Below are positions 1-7,163 of a stretch of 23,043 nt of DNA, piece by piece. The notes below the pieces were generated by a model, which did no database searches, was not told the origin of the DNA, and worked only from the letters and a program-made list of their open reading frames with translations. Source of the stretch: a virus. Taxonomy: Duplodnaviria > Heunggongvirae > Uroviricota > Caudoviricetes. The translations under genes and the position numbers were made by a program. The number at the start of each line of letters is the position of its first letter. Within the stretch, counting starts at the first letter, position 1. Location: IMG/VR virus record IMGVR_UViG_3300045988_132558, positions 1-23,043 of that record. One strand, given 5' to 3'.

Positions 1-30
1 AAAATCGTCATCCGATGGCATTCTAAAGCG

Positions 31-519
31 TTACCCCAACCTCAAGTTCTTTAAACGATAAGTCATCGCATCGTCAGATACGCCAAAATAATGCGCCATT
101 ATATAACTTGGTTGGCCGTCAGCGTGCAGTTTTCTGACCTCATCAACCGGCATCAGAAGTTCTGCTGCGAACTTGTTCGCAAAAATTTCATCAGGATGCG
201 TTCCGGCGCTTGCGGTTTCGCCACGTAAATCAACGTACTCATATTCATCACTATGCGATGCTTGCCGGGCGATGTAATGCCCCAACTCATGCCCACATGA
301 AAAACGTTGACGAACTTTGTTGTCATCACTGTTTAGAAAGATCGCTGGATCTTGATCTTTTTGTTTAATCAGTGCGCCAGAAACTTTCCCAGGAAGATCG
401 GTAATAAAAACATCTAATCCCATGTCGTGAGCAATTTTCGCTGGATCAACAGGGAAACCACGCCCGCACCAGAACGTGTCCAGCACTCGCCGGGCGTGCT
501 CTCTTGGGTTGGTAGCCAT
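31..519 (-). CDS. ImmA/IrrE-family zinc metallopeptidase (DUF955-like), 162 aa
   Basis: ORF track 31..519 (-). HEXXH zinc motif (FSCGHELGHY) with a downstream glutamate (ANKFAAELLMP), as in ImmA/IrrE peptidases. GGAGG Shine-Dalgarno 4-5 nt upstream of the ATG. Family assigned by motif recognition only. Confidence 0.7.
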   Translation of the reverse strand: MATNPREHARRVLDTFWCGRGFPVDPAKIAHDMGLDVFITDLPGKVSGALIKQKDQDPAIFLNSDDNKVRQRFSCGHELGHYIARQASHSDEYEYVDLRGETASAGTHPDEIFANKFAAELLMPVDEVRKLHADGQPSYIMAHYFGVSDDAMTYRLKNLRLG

Positions 520-591
520 AGCTCCTCCAGTTACTGCATTACGATTGTTGGTCGAAATATAGACAACATGTTCCGTACCACATTCCTGTAA

Positions 592-610
592 AAGTGCAAA
601 TTCTGCACTT
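592..610. promoter_or_regulatory. Perfect inverted repeat AAGTGCA-N5-TGCACTT (candidate operator) in the divergent intergenic region
   Basis: 7-bp arms are exact reverse complements with a 5-bp spacer (AATTC). Lies about 75 bp upstream of the ImmA-like gene start on the - strand. The repeat is a sequence fact; the regulatory role is inferred. Confidence 0.35.
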
Positions 611-891
611 CTGGTACGATATTAACTGTTAGTAGTAAAGTCTTCCAGATATATCACTTTAAAATCGTGTGAATTGCTTGCTTTTTACGCTGCATTGTGG
701 ATGGCTCAATGTTTCCAGTAAAAACATACATGATAATCATGAGATTAGTGGTTTTTTAGCATGATCTTAAGCCTGGTGCAGAAAATATCCCTTTAACGTA
801 TACCGCATTTTATGTCACACGCCAGAAGCCACACCCCAAGCGGCCTGATAAGAAAGCATCTACTGTTTGAAGGATTTTGAAGCTTTTTCCC

Positions 892-919
892 GTGACAAGA
901 TCCAGTTAACTGTTAGAAT
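892..919 (+). promoter_or_regulatory. Candidate sigma70 promoter for the 996..2158 operon: -35 GTGACA (892-897), 16-bp spacer, -10 TAGAAT (914-919); spacer contains the 10-bp palindrome CAGTTAACTG (903-912)
   Basis: Hexamers read directly from the sequence, each 5/6 match to consensus, about 75 nt upstream of the ATG at 996. No experimental support. Confidence 0.35.
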
Positions 920-995
920 TCTTCGAGCCGAATCGGTGGTTTTAGCCCATTCGTTAAAAATAAAAAGCATAAATATCATAGAGTAAGTTCAAAAC

Positions 996-1763
996 ATGCA
1001 GGCTCAACCTAAGACTAAACACCAAGAATTGGTCGATAAGCTATCATTCTACATAGACACCAAAACGCCTATAGAAGCTTTTGTGGCAGCAGATATTCAG
1101 CATGAGATTGGTTCTTTACCACCAGAATCCCGTTCTTATGTTACTGCTTTGCTTAAGGTTGCACTTAAAGATCATGATGCCGCTGTTGAGTGGTTCAAAG
1201 ACGCCATGATGACTTCTGGTGATAATTCGGCGATAGTTGCTGGTAACTATGTGGGCTACCTGAGCTGCTCTGGTCATAATCTTTTCCATAGAATGGAAGT
1301 GTTCCGCCTGGTTGACGTATTCTGTACGCAACGGATCAGAAAAATGGCGCGGAATGCTGCTTATTGCATCGGTAACGATAGGCTTGTTAAAAAGTATACC
1401 GTTATGATGAAAGCCTTACTTGATGGCGAAGAGCGAGATAGTATTGAACGTGAGGGCGCACAAATGGCAGAAGCTATTGTAAAATTCAAAGAGGCCACAG
1501 AGCTAACCTCATCTGAAATCGAGCAATTATGTGATGCTGCTGAACAGATTGCTAACAACCACGGCGTAAATTGTATCGGCATCGAATACTTCCTCAGTGG
1601 CGGATATGACAATGCAATTATCCTTTTCGCTGAAACTGAAGATTCCGATACACTTACGACGATGAATCTTGAACTAGTTGATCTTCTTGCTCATGATACT
1701 TACATTGACCGGCCTTTTACTTCGTGGTTTAAAAGCGCTGAAATGAAAGGAGCTGAACTATGA
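996..1763 (+). CDS. Hypothetical acidic protein, 255 aa (component A of a two-gene operon)
   Basis: ORF track 996..1763 (+). Stop TGA overlaps the ATG of the next ORF (ATGA at 1760-1763), suggesting translational coupling. No family recognised. Weak Shine-Dalgarno at 996, so the start is uncertain. Confidence 0.5.
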   Translation: MQAQPKTKHQELVDKLSFYIDTKTPIEAFVAADIQHEIGSLPPESRSYVTALLKVALKDHDAAVEWFKDAMMTSGDNSAIVAGNYVGYLSCSGHNLFHRMEVFRLVDVFCTQRIRKMARNAAYCIGNDRLVKKYTVMMKALLDGEERDSIEREGAQMAEAIVKFKEATELTSSEIEQLCDAAEQIANNHGVNCIGIEYFLSGGYDNAIILFAETEDSDTLTTMNLELVDLLAHDTYIDRPFTSWFKSAEMKGAEL

Positions 1764-2158
1764 GCGTAACTGGTCAGAACTTCATTGAGTTTGCAGATAA
1801 ATGCATCGCATTTGGAGATGAAATAGGATTCAGAAACGCGGTGGGACGTTCATACTATGGCGTGTTTCATGAAATCTGCAGCAAGTTAGAGCACTGCTAC
1901 GTACTGACATCTCATGAAGGTGTGCGTAAGTATTTAATGAGTGAAGCTCAGTGTAAGAAAGAGCCTTACGATAAAACAGCCCTGAGAAAGATTGGTGTCC
2001 TTTTACATCATCTGCATGTTCAAAGGAAATGGGCTGATTACACACTTGAGCGTGACTTGACCAAGGCTGACGCCGAATCTGCGATGAAATCCGCAAAGGA
2101 AGCCATGAAGCAAATCAAGACAATGCATGAGACGGTTTATCCGCCTTCCGCTGCATAA
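1760..2158 (+). CDS. Hypothetical protein, 132 aa (component B); weak HEPN-like R-x6-H signature
   Basis: ORF track 1760..2158 (+). AGGAG Shine-Dalgarno about 9 nt upstream of the ATG. Motif RSYYGVFH and a predicted all-helical, Lys-rich C-terminus. The HEPN assignment is tentative. Confidence 0.5.
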   Translation: MSVTGQNFIEFADKCIAFGDEIGFRNAVGRSYYGVFHEICSKLEHCYVLTSHEGVRKYLMSEAQCKKEPYDKTALRKIGVLLHHLHVQRKWADYTLERDLTKADAESAMKSAKEAMKQIKTMHETVYPPSAA

Positions 2159-2174
2159 GTAACATAGTCCTTAG

Positions 2175-2194
2175 CCCCACCCTGGTGGGGTTTT
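2175..2194 (+). terminator. Rho-independent terminator after the two-gene operon
   Basis: GC-rich stem CCCCAC/GTGGGG with a 4-nt loop followed by TTTT, 17 nt after the stop of the 1760..2158 ORF. Confidence 0.55.
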
Positions 2195-2444
2195 ACGCCT
2201 GGCTGCTGAGGCAGGTGTGTTTAAACAAATCCCCGCGAGATGCAGTGGGTCAGTTCTTTTTCCCTTTTCGTCGAGCGCTTCTTTTACCCACTCTTCAAGT
2301 TTCATTTTGCGAGCTCTGGCGCTGTTGTTCCATACTGCTTTTTGAGAGCCGTTACAGGAACGCCTTTTTCTCTCCAGTCATTATCTTTCCCTGGAGTACT
2401 GATAAAGACGACTCCATCAACAAACATTTTATGATGTGATGTAC

Positions 2445-2469
2445 AAAAAGAAAAATCCCGCTATGCGGG
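2445..2469 (-). terminator. Rho-independent terminator oriented for - strand transcription
   Basis: On the - strand: stem CCCGC-ATA-GCGGG followed immediately by ATTTTTCTTTTT. On the + strand the T-run is displaced, so orientation is minus. Confidence 0.45.
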
Positions 2470-2699
2470 GTTAACCTGATTTTTTTTTCGCTTCTTACTT
2501 CTTATCCCACATTCCATGCATTCTTTCTATCTCAGCATCAGTTAAATCATCCAGCCCAACAATTTCAGAGCCGTGACGATAAACGAAAACGCACACACTC
2601 TCCAACGTTAGTCAAAAATAGTCACGCGCCGCGCAGCACCCGCGCTCACTCGATTATTTATAATACCTATGGATTATTTATATATCATATGGGGATATT

Positions 2700-3332
2700 A
2701 TGAATGGTTTTTACGACGACTGGCCTGAAACGTTCGTCACCCGACTGGACATGTTGCGAGTGCTGGATAACAGAGGGGCAACCCGGAGACTCTACACAAA
2801 ACGTACAGGGGCGATTTACAACGCGCTGGCAGACGAGGTTCGTGAGGCTGTGACTGGATTCAATACCAGTGAACTCGACTTAGGACCACTCTACCGGTAT
2901 TACAAATGTGGAGGAGAGGGCGACGCGCTGGCAGACACACTGATCGCACTGGCGCCGACTGTGTGCAGGCGCGTAATGATTTCCCCTGACGTATACACAA
3001 TACCGTACCTGTTTTTTGCGCTGTTGATAGCGCGAGGAGAGGACGACGATGCACGTGATTTTTTCAATATGATGATGCGGCCACTAATCGTGGCGTACCG
3101 GTTCAAACAACTGGCGCGTTACCTGGGAACAAAGGGCGGAGGGAGGCCACAGCACAGGCTAAAAGACGAGGCATTACAGATTGCAGAGGTTTTTTTCACA
3201 AATAACCCCCACGCACGGGTTAGTGCGGCGGTGGCACGTATTAACGAAATTCTCGTAAAAAAATATGCTGACGTTCCGGCGGAATCAACTATTAGAAAAT
3301 GGTTAACCCCTGTTTATGGAAATGAAAAATAA
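2700..3332 (+). CDS. Hypothetical protein, 210 aa
   Basis: ORF track 2700..3332 (+). GGGGA Shine-Dalgarno-like sequence upstream, and a TATAAT hexamer at 2667-2672. No family recognised. Confidence 0.5.
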   Translation: MNGFYDDWPETFVTRLDMLRVLDNRGATRRLYTKRTGAIYNALADEVREAVTGFNTSELDLGPLYRYYKCGGEGDALADTLIALAPTVCRRVMISPDVYTIPYLFFALLIARGEDDDARDFFNMMMRPLIVAYRFKQLARYLGTKGGGRPQHRLKDEALQIAEVFFTNNPHARVSAAVARINEILVKKYADVPAESTIRKWLTPVYGNEK

Positions 3333-3374
3333 TAACCATAAACCGTTTTTTCCGGGAATAAACCGTTTAATCAA

Positions 3375-3389
3375 ATTCACGAGGTGAAT
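3375..3389. promoter_or_regulatory. Inverted repeat ATTCAC-GAG-GTGAAT (candidate operator)
   Basis: Exact 6-bp arms with a 3-bp spacer, about 90 bp upstream of the small ORF at 3482, next to a TTGACG hexamer at 3418-3423. Confidence 0.25.
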
Positions 3390-3481
3390 GTAATTGTTCA
3401 TTATCCCCCCATTGTATTTGACGTTATGACAAATGGTCACGAATACTGTATAAATATACAGGATTTCTGTCAGGGGGAAAT

Positions 3482-3661
3482 ATGAACACACACAAGGCAA
3501 TCAGCAAATTACCGGATACGTGCCGGGCTGTAATCAAACGAGAAGAAGGGCGCGTAGTGAGTGTGCGCGTTCTCAGCAACGACGAGCGGATTGCCAGCCT
3601 GATGGCGTTTCTCGAGTTGGCAGAAATAGCTGGATATACTATTACACCCCCTGAAGCGTAA
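3482..3661 (+). CDS. Small hypothetical protein, 59 aa (below the ORF-track cutoff)
   Basis: Found by manual translation: ATG at 3482 preceded by GGGGGA about 5 nt upstream, open for 59 codons to TAA at 3659-3661 (MNTHKAISKLPDTCRAVIKREEGRVVSVRVLSNDERIASLMAFLELAEIAGYTITPPEA). Confidence 0.35.
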   Translation: MNTHKAISKLPDTCRAVIKREEGRVVSVRVLSNDERIASLMAFLELAEIAGYTITPPEA

Positions 3662-3737
3662 AACACGGTATAATACTGGTGCTGGATTGAACACCCGGCA
3701 CCACTTCTGAACACTGCCGCGCCACCTGGAGTTAACC

Positions 3738-4334
3738 ATGGCGCAGCATTCATTTATCAGGGTATCCGGCGGTTCGCTAATACCCGCGACACCAGACACG
3801 CAACGCTGGTTGACTGAACGAGTCAAACCAGGTGCTGTTGTGTATGCAGATTTCAAACAGGCGCGTAATCCCGCGTTTCATCGTAAATTTTTCTCACTTC
3901 TCAACCTGGGCTTTGATTACTGGCATCCCTCCGGAGGGGCTATTTCTCCTGCGGAGCGCGAACTGGTTCACGGATACGTTAAGTTACTGGCGTATTACGG
4001 TGGGCATGGTGATGTCATGGCTGAGCTGGCTGATCAGTATCTTCTCGATGAGTCGGAAAAGCGCGCGGGGAATATCAGTGCGGTGAAGTCGTTCGAGGCG
4101 TTTCGCGCCTGGGCGACTATGGAAGCTGGATTTTATGACGTTCATCAGATGCCAGATGGTAGTTTGATGCGTGTACCTCGTTCAATTTCGTTTGCAGCGA
4201 TGGACGATCTTGAGTTCGGTCAACTGTATTCAGCCGTTTTAGATGTGCTGTGGAATTATATTTTGTTCCGCACGTTTGCCTCTCAGGAGGCCGCTGAAAA
4301 TGCTGCCGCGCAGCTGCTGGATTACACATCATGA
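3738..4334 (+). CDS. Phage nin-region protein, DUF1367-like (about 200 aa)
   Basis: ORF track 3738..4334 (+). Size and position directly upstream of a YbcO-like gene match a pairing I recall from enterobacterial lambdoid prophages. Stop overlaps the next start (ATGA at 4331-4334). Family name from memory only. Confidence 0.45.
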   Translation: MAQHSFIRVSGGSLIPATPDTQRWLTERVKPGAVVYADFKQARNPAFHRKFFSLLNLGFDYWHPSGGAISPAERELVHGYVKLLAYYGGHGDVMAELADQYLLDESEKRAGNISAVKSFEAFRAWATMEAGFYDVHQMPDGSLMRVPRSISFAAMDDLEFGQLYSAVLDVLWNYILFRTFASQEAAENAAAQLLDYTS

Positions 4335-4624
4335 AGAAAATCGACCTGAGAAAAGCTGCACGCGGTCGCGCTTGTACTGTGCGTATCCCCGGTGTGTGCA
4401 ATCACAATCCTGAAACCAGCGTTCTGGCTCATTATCGTCTCGCCGGAACGTGCGGCACAGCCATCAAACCTCACGATATGCAGGGCGCTATCGCCTGCAG
4501 TGCGTGTCACGATGCTATCGACGGACGTACAAAAACGGATTACGAGTACGACTCATTGTTGTTGATGCACGCTGAGGGTGTTCTCAGGACGCTGGCCATC
4601 TGGCGCGATGAGGGGGTTATCTGA
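4331..4624 (+). CDS. DUF1364-family protein, YbcO-like (nin-region putative nuclease), 97 aa
   Basis: LRKAARGRACTVRIPGVCNHNPETSVLAHYRL...IACSACHDAIDGRT closely resembles my recollection of E. coli DLP12 YbcO, including the conserved Cys cluster. Overlaps both flanking genes by ATGA. Confidence 0.6.
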   Translation: MKKIDLRKAARGRACTVRIPGVCNHNPETSVLAHYRLAGTCGTAIKPHDMQGAIACSACHDAIDGRTKTDYEYDSLLLMHAEGVLRTLAIWRDEGVI

Positions 4625-5295
4625 TGAGCAACGAATATTTGCTGGAGTTCACCCGAATTAAGTTGCGGAGCGTGCTACTGGATTTATCCGGGGGAACGAA
4701 AGGGCAACTGGAAGCGCTGAGCGAGCACCCACCGGCAGACAAAAACTTTTACCAGCGCAAAAACATTCACCGCGTGGAGCTGGAAGATCGTATGGTTGAC
4801 GCGTTGGTAACACCCGTTTACGCGCTGGAGACGTTCGGTAGGCGTCGCCCGGCACCGCCGATTAATGATTTTGAATTTGCTGATTCACCGTGGCGCCGCG
4901 CCGTGAACTCGCTCGACGTTAGCCAGCAGGCGTGGTTGCGCTATTGCTACGGTGGTGACCTTGCGTTCAAGCACCAAACAGCCATTTGTGAGGCTGTCTG
5001 GAATCGCTATAAAGCAAACATCCCCGCGTCAACTCAGAGAAAAGTAGTCAAGCGCCTGCTTTCGCTGGTGTGGTTGTCCGTGCAGGCGGTCGCAGCAGCA
5101 AATAAACGCGAGGACTTTAAGGAGATGGCTGGATCTGCGCTAGCTGGAATGTTGTCTGTTTCTCGTTCCACCTGGTGCGAAACATACTCCCCGCACTGGG
5201 AAGGAATGAAAGAGGCGGTGAGAGCACTTGATGAAGTGGCACTTTTTGCAACTTTGCATCATTATCAGAACCATTTAGACGACGTTTGCGTATAA
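4624..5295 (+). CDS. Putative late-gene antiterminator (Q-like) by position, 223 aa
   Basis: Last gene before the lysis cassette and directly upstream of a promoter-like element and intrinsic terminator (5291-5390), as for lambdoid Q-PR'-tR'. No confident sequence match, and no Cys4 zinc finger of the lambda Q type. Confidence 0.4.
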   Translation: MSNEYLLEFTRIKLRSVLLDLSGGTKGQLEALSEHPPADKNFYQRKNIHRVELEDRMVDALVTPVYALETFGRRRPAPPINDFEFADSPWRRAVNSLDVSQQAWLRYCYGGDLAFKHQTAICEAVWNRYKANIPASTQRKVVKRLLSLVWLSVQAVAAANKREDFKEMAGSALAGMLSVSRSTWCETYSPHWEGMKEAVRALDEVALFATLHHYQNHLDDVCV

Positions 5296-5345
5296 TGCTT
5301 GCAAAACCGAACAAAATAGGCCATATTTAACGCTAATTTGGTATG
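5291..5345 (+). promoter_or_regulatory. Candidate late promoter region (PR'/qut analogue)
   Basis: Perfect TATAAT hexamer at 5291-5296 overlapping the stop codon of the upstream gene; TTGCAA at 5299-5304. A convincing -35/-10 pair could not be settled by eye. Confidence 0.3.
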
Positions 5346-5363
5346 TTGCCAAATTTCTAAGAA

Positions 5364-5390
5364 CCTCGCCACGGCGGGGTTTTGTCGTTT
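5364..5390 (+). terminator. Rho-independent terminator (tR'-like) between the putative Q gene and the lysis genes
   Basis: Stem CCTCGC/GCGGGG (one G-U pair) with a 4-nt loop, followed by TTTTGTCGTTT. Confidence 0.5.
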
Positions 5391-5407
5391 CTGAATCAGG
5401 AAAAATC

Positions 5408-5791
5408 ATGTCTGAACCTCTAACCGCTGGCGTTGCTGCTGGCTCGGCGGGGGTGACGTTTGCTGCGTTATTTCCTGAGGCAACACCTGCAGTGATGATC
5501 TGTGCGCTGGCAGGCGCAGCTCTCTATGTGTTGTCGTCCGGGCAGCATCGATTCTGGAAGCAGGTTATTTTCGCACTCATTTCGTTTGTTGGCGGTGTGT
5601 ATTGCGCTGAGACAGCATCAGCCATCATTACCGGTATTCTGAACGCGGTGCTGAGTCACCTGAACCCTCCCGTAACAGTAAAAGTCTCTCCCGCCATTGG
5701 TGCACTGGTTGCATCAGTAATCAGCGTTACATCACTGTTGCGAATCATGTCACAAGCTCGTTTATGGAAATCAGATAAGGGGATGAAATAA
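5408..5791 (+). CDS. Putative holin (multi-pass membrane protein), 127 aa
   Basis: ORF track 5408..5791 (+). Several hydrophobic segments and a charged C-terminus (KSDKGMK). First gene after the late terminator, upstream of the endolysin. Confidence 0.45.
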   Translation: MSEPLTAGVAAGSAGVTFAALFPEATPAVMICALAGAALYVLSSGQHRFWKQVIFALISFVGGVYCAETASAIITGILNAVLSHLNPPVTVKVSPAIGALVASVISVTSLLRIMSQARLWKSDKGMK

Positions 5792-6075
5792 TGACCCTGC
5801 ACTCTGTTCTCATCAATGCCAATGCAATTATCTGTCTGATGCTGGCATTGCGGTTAATGTTTTTTCAAAAAACAGGCCGCTATCGTTTTTTCATCTCACT
5901 AACTGCTTACCTGGCGATTCTGTCTGCTGCGTGGATAGCCCTACGAATTTTTTACGGGAAATATACGCAGGTTGATCCCGCAGAGTTCTTTCTCAACCTC
6001 ACCATCTGTATTGCTGTCTGGCGGGCACGAGGAAATATTTCAAAAATAACAGGAGACAGGTATGACCGATCCTAA
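5791..6075 (+). CDS. Small membrane protein (second holin or antiholin candidate), 94 aa
   Basis: ORF track 5791..6075 (+). Two or three hydrophobic helices; start overlaps the previous stop (ATGA at 5788-5791); within the lysis cassette. Confidence 0.35.
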   Translation: MTLHSVLINANAIICLMLALRLMFFQKTGRYRFFISLTAYLAILSAAWIALRIFYGKYTQVDPAEFFLNLTICIAVWRARGNISKITGDRYDRS

Positions 6076-6541
6076 ATGGCTAATTGAGGCACGAAAAAAT
6101 CTCGGCATTCGGGAAATGAAAGGGAAGCAACATGCTGCAGAAATTGTGCAGTACTGGAAAGATATCAAACGCGGCGGCATTAAGGATGATGAAACCCCGT
6201 GGTGCGCTGCCTTCACCGGAGCAATGCTGGAACGTGTAGGTATTCGCTCAACGCGTTTTGAGTCTGCGAATTCTTATCTCGATTGGGGTAATGAACTGAA
6301 GGAACCCGCCTATGGATGCATTGCTATTCTGTCTCGGTCTGGCGGCGGTCACGTTGGCTTTGTTGTCGGGAAAAATGCCGCCAGGGATTTAATGATTTTG
6401 GGTGGCAACCAAGCAGACGCAGTGAATATCAAAGCGTTTCCGAGCTCACGCGTTACCGGCTATCGCTGGCCAGCAGGTCAAACGGATGTTCCACAATCAC
6501 TTCCATTGGTGAATGCTGAGAAATCTATCTCAGAAGCGTAG
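6062..6541 (+). CDS. Endolysin candidate, Cys/His peptidase type (CHAP/NlpC-P60-like; TIGR02594-like), 159 aa
   Basis: ORF track 6062..6541 (+). AGGAGA Shine-Dalgarno upstream. Candidate catalytic Cys (PWCAAF) and His (GGGHVGFVVG) in the spacing typical of cysteine peptidase endolysins. Family from motif and position. Confidence 0.5.
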   Translation: MTDPKWLIEARKNLGIREMKGKQHAAEIVQYWKDIKRGGIKDDETPWCAAFTGAMLERVGIRSTRFESANSYLDWGNELKEPAYGCIAILSRSGGGHVGFVVGKNAARDLMILGGNQADAVNIKAFPSSRVTGYRWPAGQTDVPQSLPLVNAEKSISEA

Positions 6542-6548
6542 GTAAAAC

Positions 6549-6740
6549 GTGAAAAAACTTCTCTTAGCTGTCGCGTTCTTCACTATGGCAGGCTGTACAC
6601 ATTCGACATACACCGAAGCGACTCGCGCTGACGGCAGCAGCATTAAACACGTGATGATCGCGCCGGGTACGAAAATTACCACTGCGGACGGTGGTTGTAT
6701 TGATTCAACTGGTGTCGTAACGGCTTGCCAGTCAAAGTGA
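6549..6740 (+). CDS. Small lysis-associated lipoprotein (o-spanin/Rz1-like candidate), 63 aa, GTG start
   Basis: ORF track 6549..6740 (+). Signal peptide with lipobox (LLLAVAFFTMAGC) and a second Cys pair in the mature part. No separate i-spanin (Rz-like) ORF seen. Confidence 0.45.
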   Translation: MKKLLLAVAFFTMAGCTHSTYTEATRADGSSIKHVMIAPGTKITTADGGCIDSTGVVTACQSK

Positions 6741-6841
6741 TTGTAACTTGCTGTTTTCGATATTAAGTACCTTGAATTAGGTTTACGAGTTGGCATTATA
6801 GAAAAACTATATGGTTCACTAATGTGACATAAGGAAATATT

Positions 6842-7090
6842 ATGCCTAAGTTAAAACTTGTTAAGACATTGCTATTGCCAGGTAATAATAAGTATGAGAT
6901 TTATGCAAGAAATGAATATAGCAACGTAGAACAAATTATTCACTATAAACTGCGCTCTTGTAAGAACGAGCAAGGCCAGGATGGAATGTCTGAGGCGCAA
7001 TGGGTTATTTATAATCCATTGTTTCCATTACCAGATGACCGCAATTATGCAAGTGTATCAAATATAGACGACTATCTGGTCGATTGCTAA
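6842..7090 (+). CDS. Hypothetical protein, 82 aa (moron)
   Basis: ORF track 6842..7090 (+). AAGGAA Shine-Dalgarno upstream, AT-rich promoter-like region 6770-6800, strong terminator just downstream (7101-7121). Confidence 0.45.
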   Translation: MPKLKLVKTLLLPGNNKYEIYARNEYSNVEQIIHYKLRSCKNEQGQDGMSEAQWVIYNPLFPLPDDRNYASVSNIDDYLVDC

Positions 7091-7100
7091 GTGAAATCAA

Positions 7101-7121
7101 ACCGCCTATGGGCGGTTTTTA
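7101..7121. terminator. Bidirectional Rho-independent terminator
   Basis: Stem ACCGCC-TATG-GGCGGT flanked by AAA upstream and TTTTT downstream, between the convergent genes 6842..7090 (+) and 7164..7634 (-). Confidence 0.6.
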
Positions 7122-7163
7122 TTGCCATCACCATGGGAAGACATATAGTAATGGCATTTATCA

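Noticed and set aside
1116-1612. - strand ORFs 1116..1331 and 1361..1612
   Set aside because: Embedded antisense within the 255-aa + strand ORF; no expression signals.
2185-2439. Two overlapping + strand ORFs (84 and 64 aa) and a 41-aa - strand ORF (2427..2302)
   Set aside because: Low-complexity translations, no ribosome-binding sites, located between two opposing terminators; more likely non-coding or decayed sequence.
3303-3856. - strand ORFs 3303..3500, 3424..3753, 3509..3856
   Set aside because: Overlap the + strand small ORF and the DUF1367-like gene start within an otherwise unidirectional + strand operon; no start signals.
6316-6519. 67-aa + strand ORF in an alternative frame
   Set aside because: Nested inside the endolysin gene in another frame; Cys/Arg-rich nonsense-like translation.
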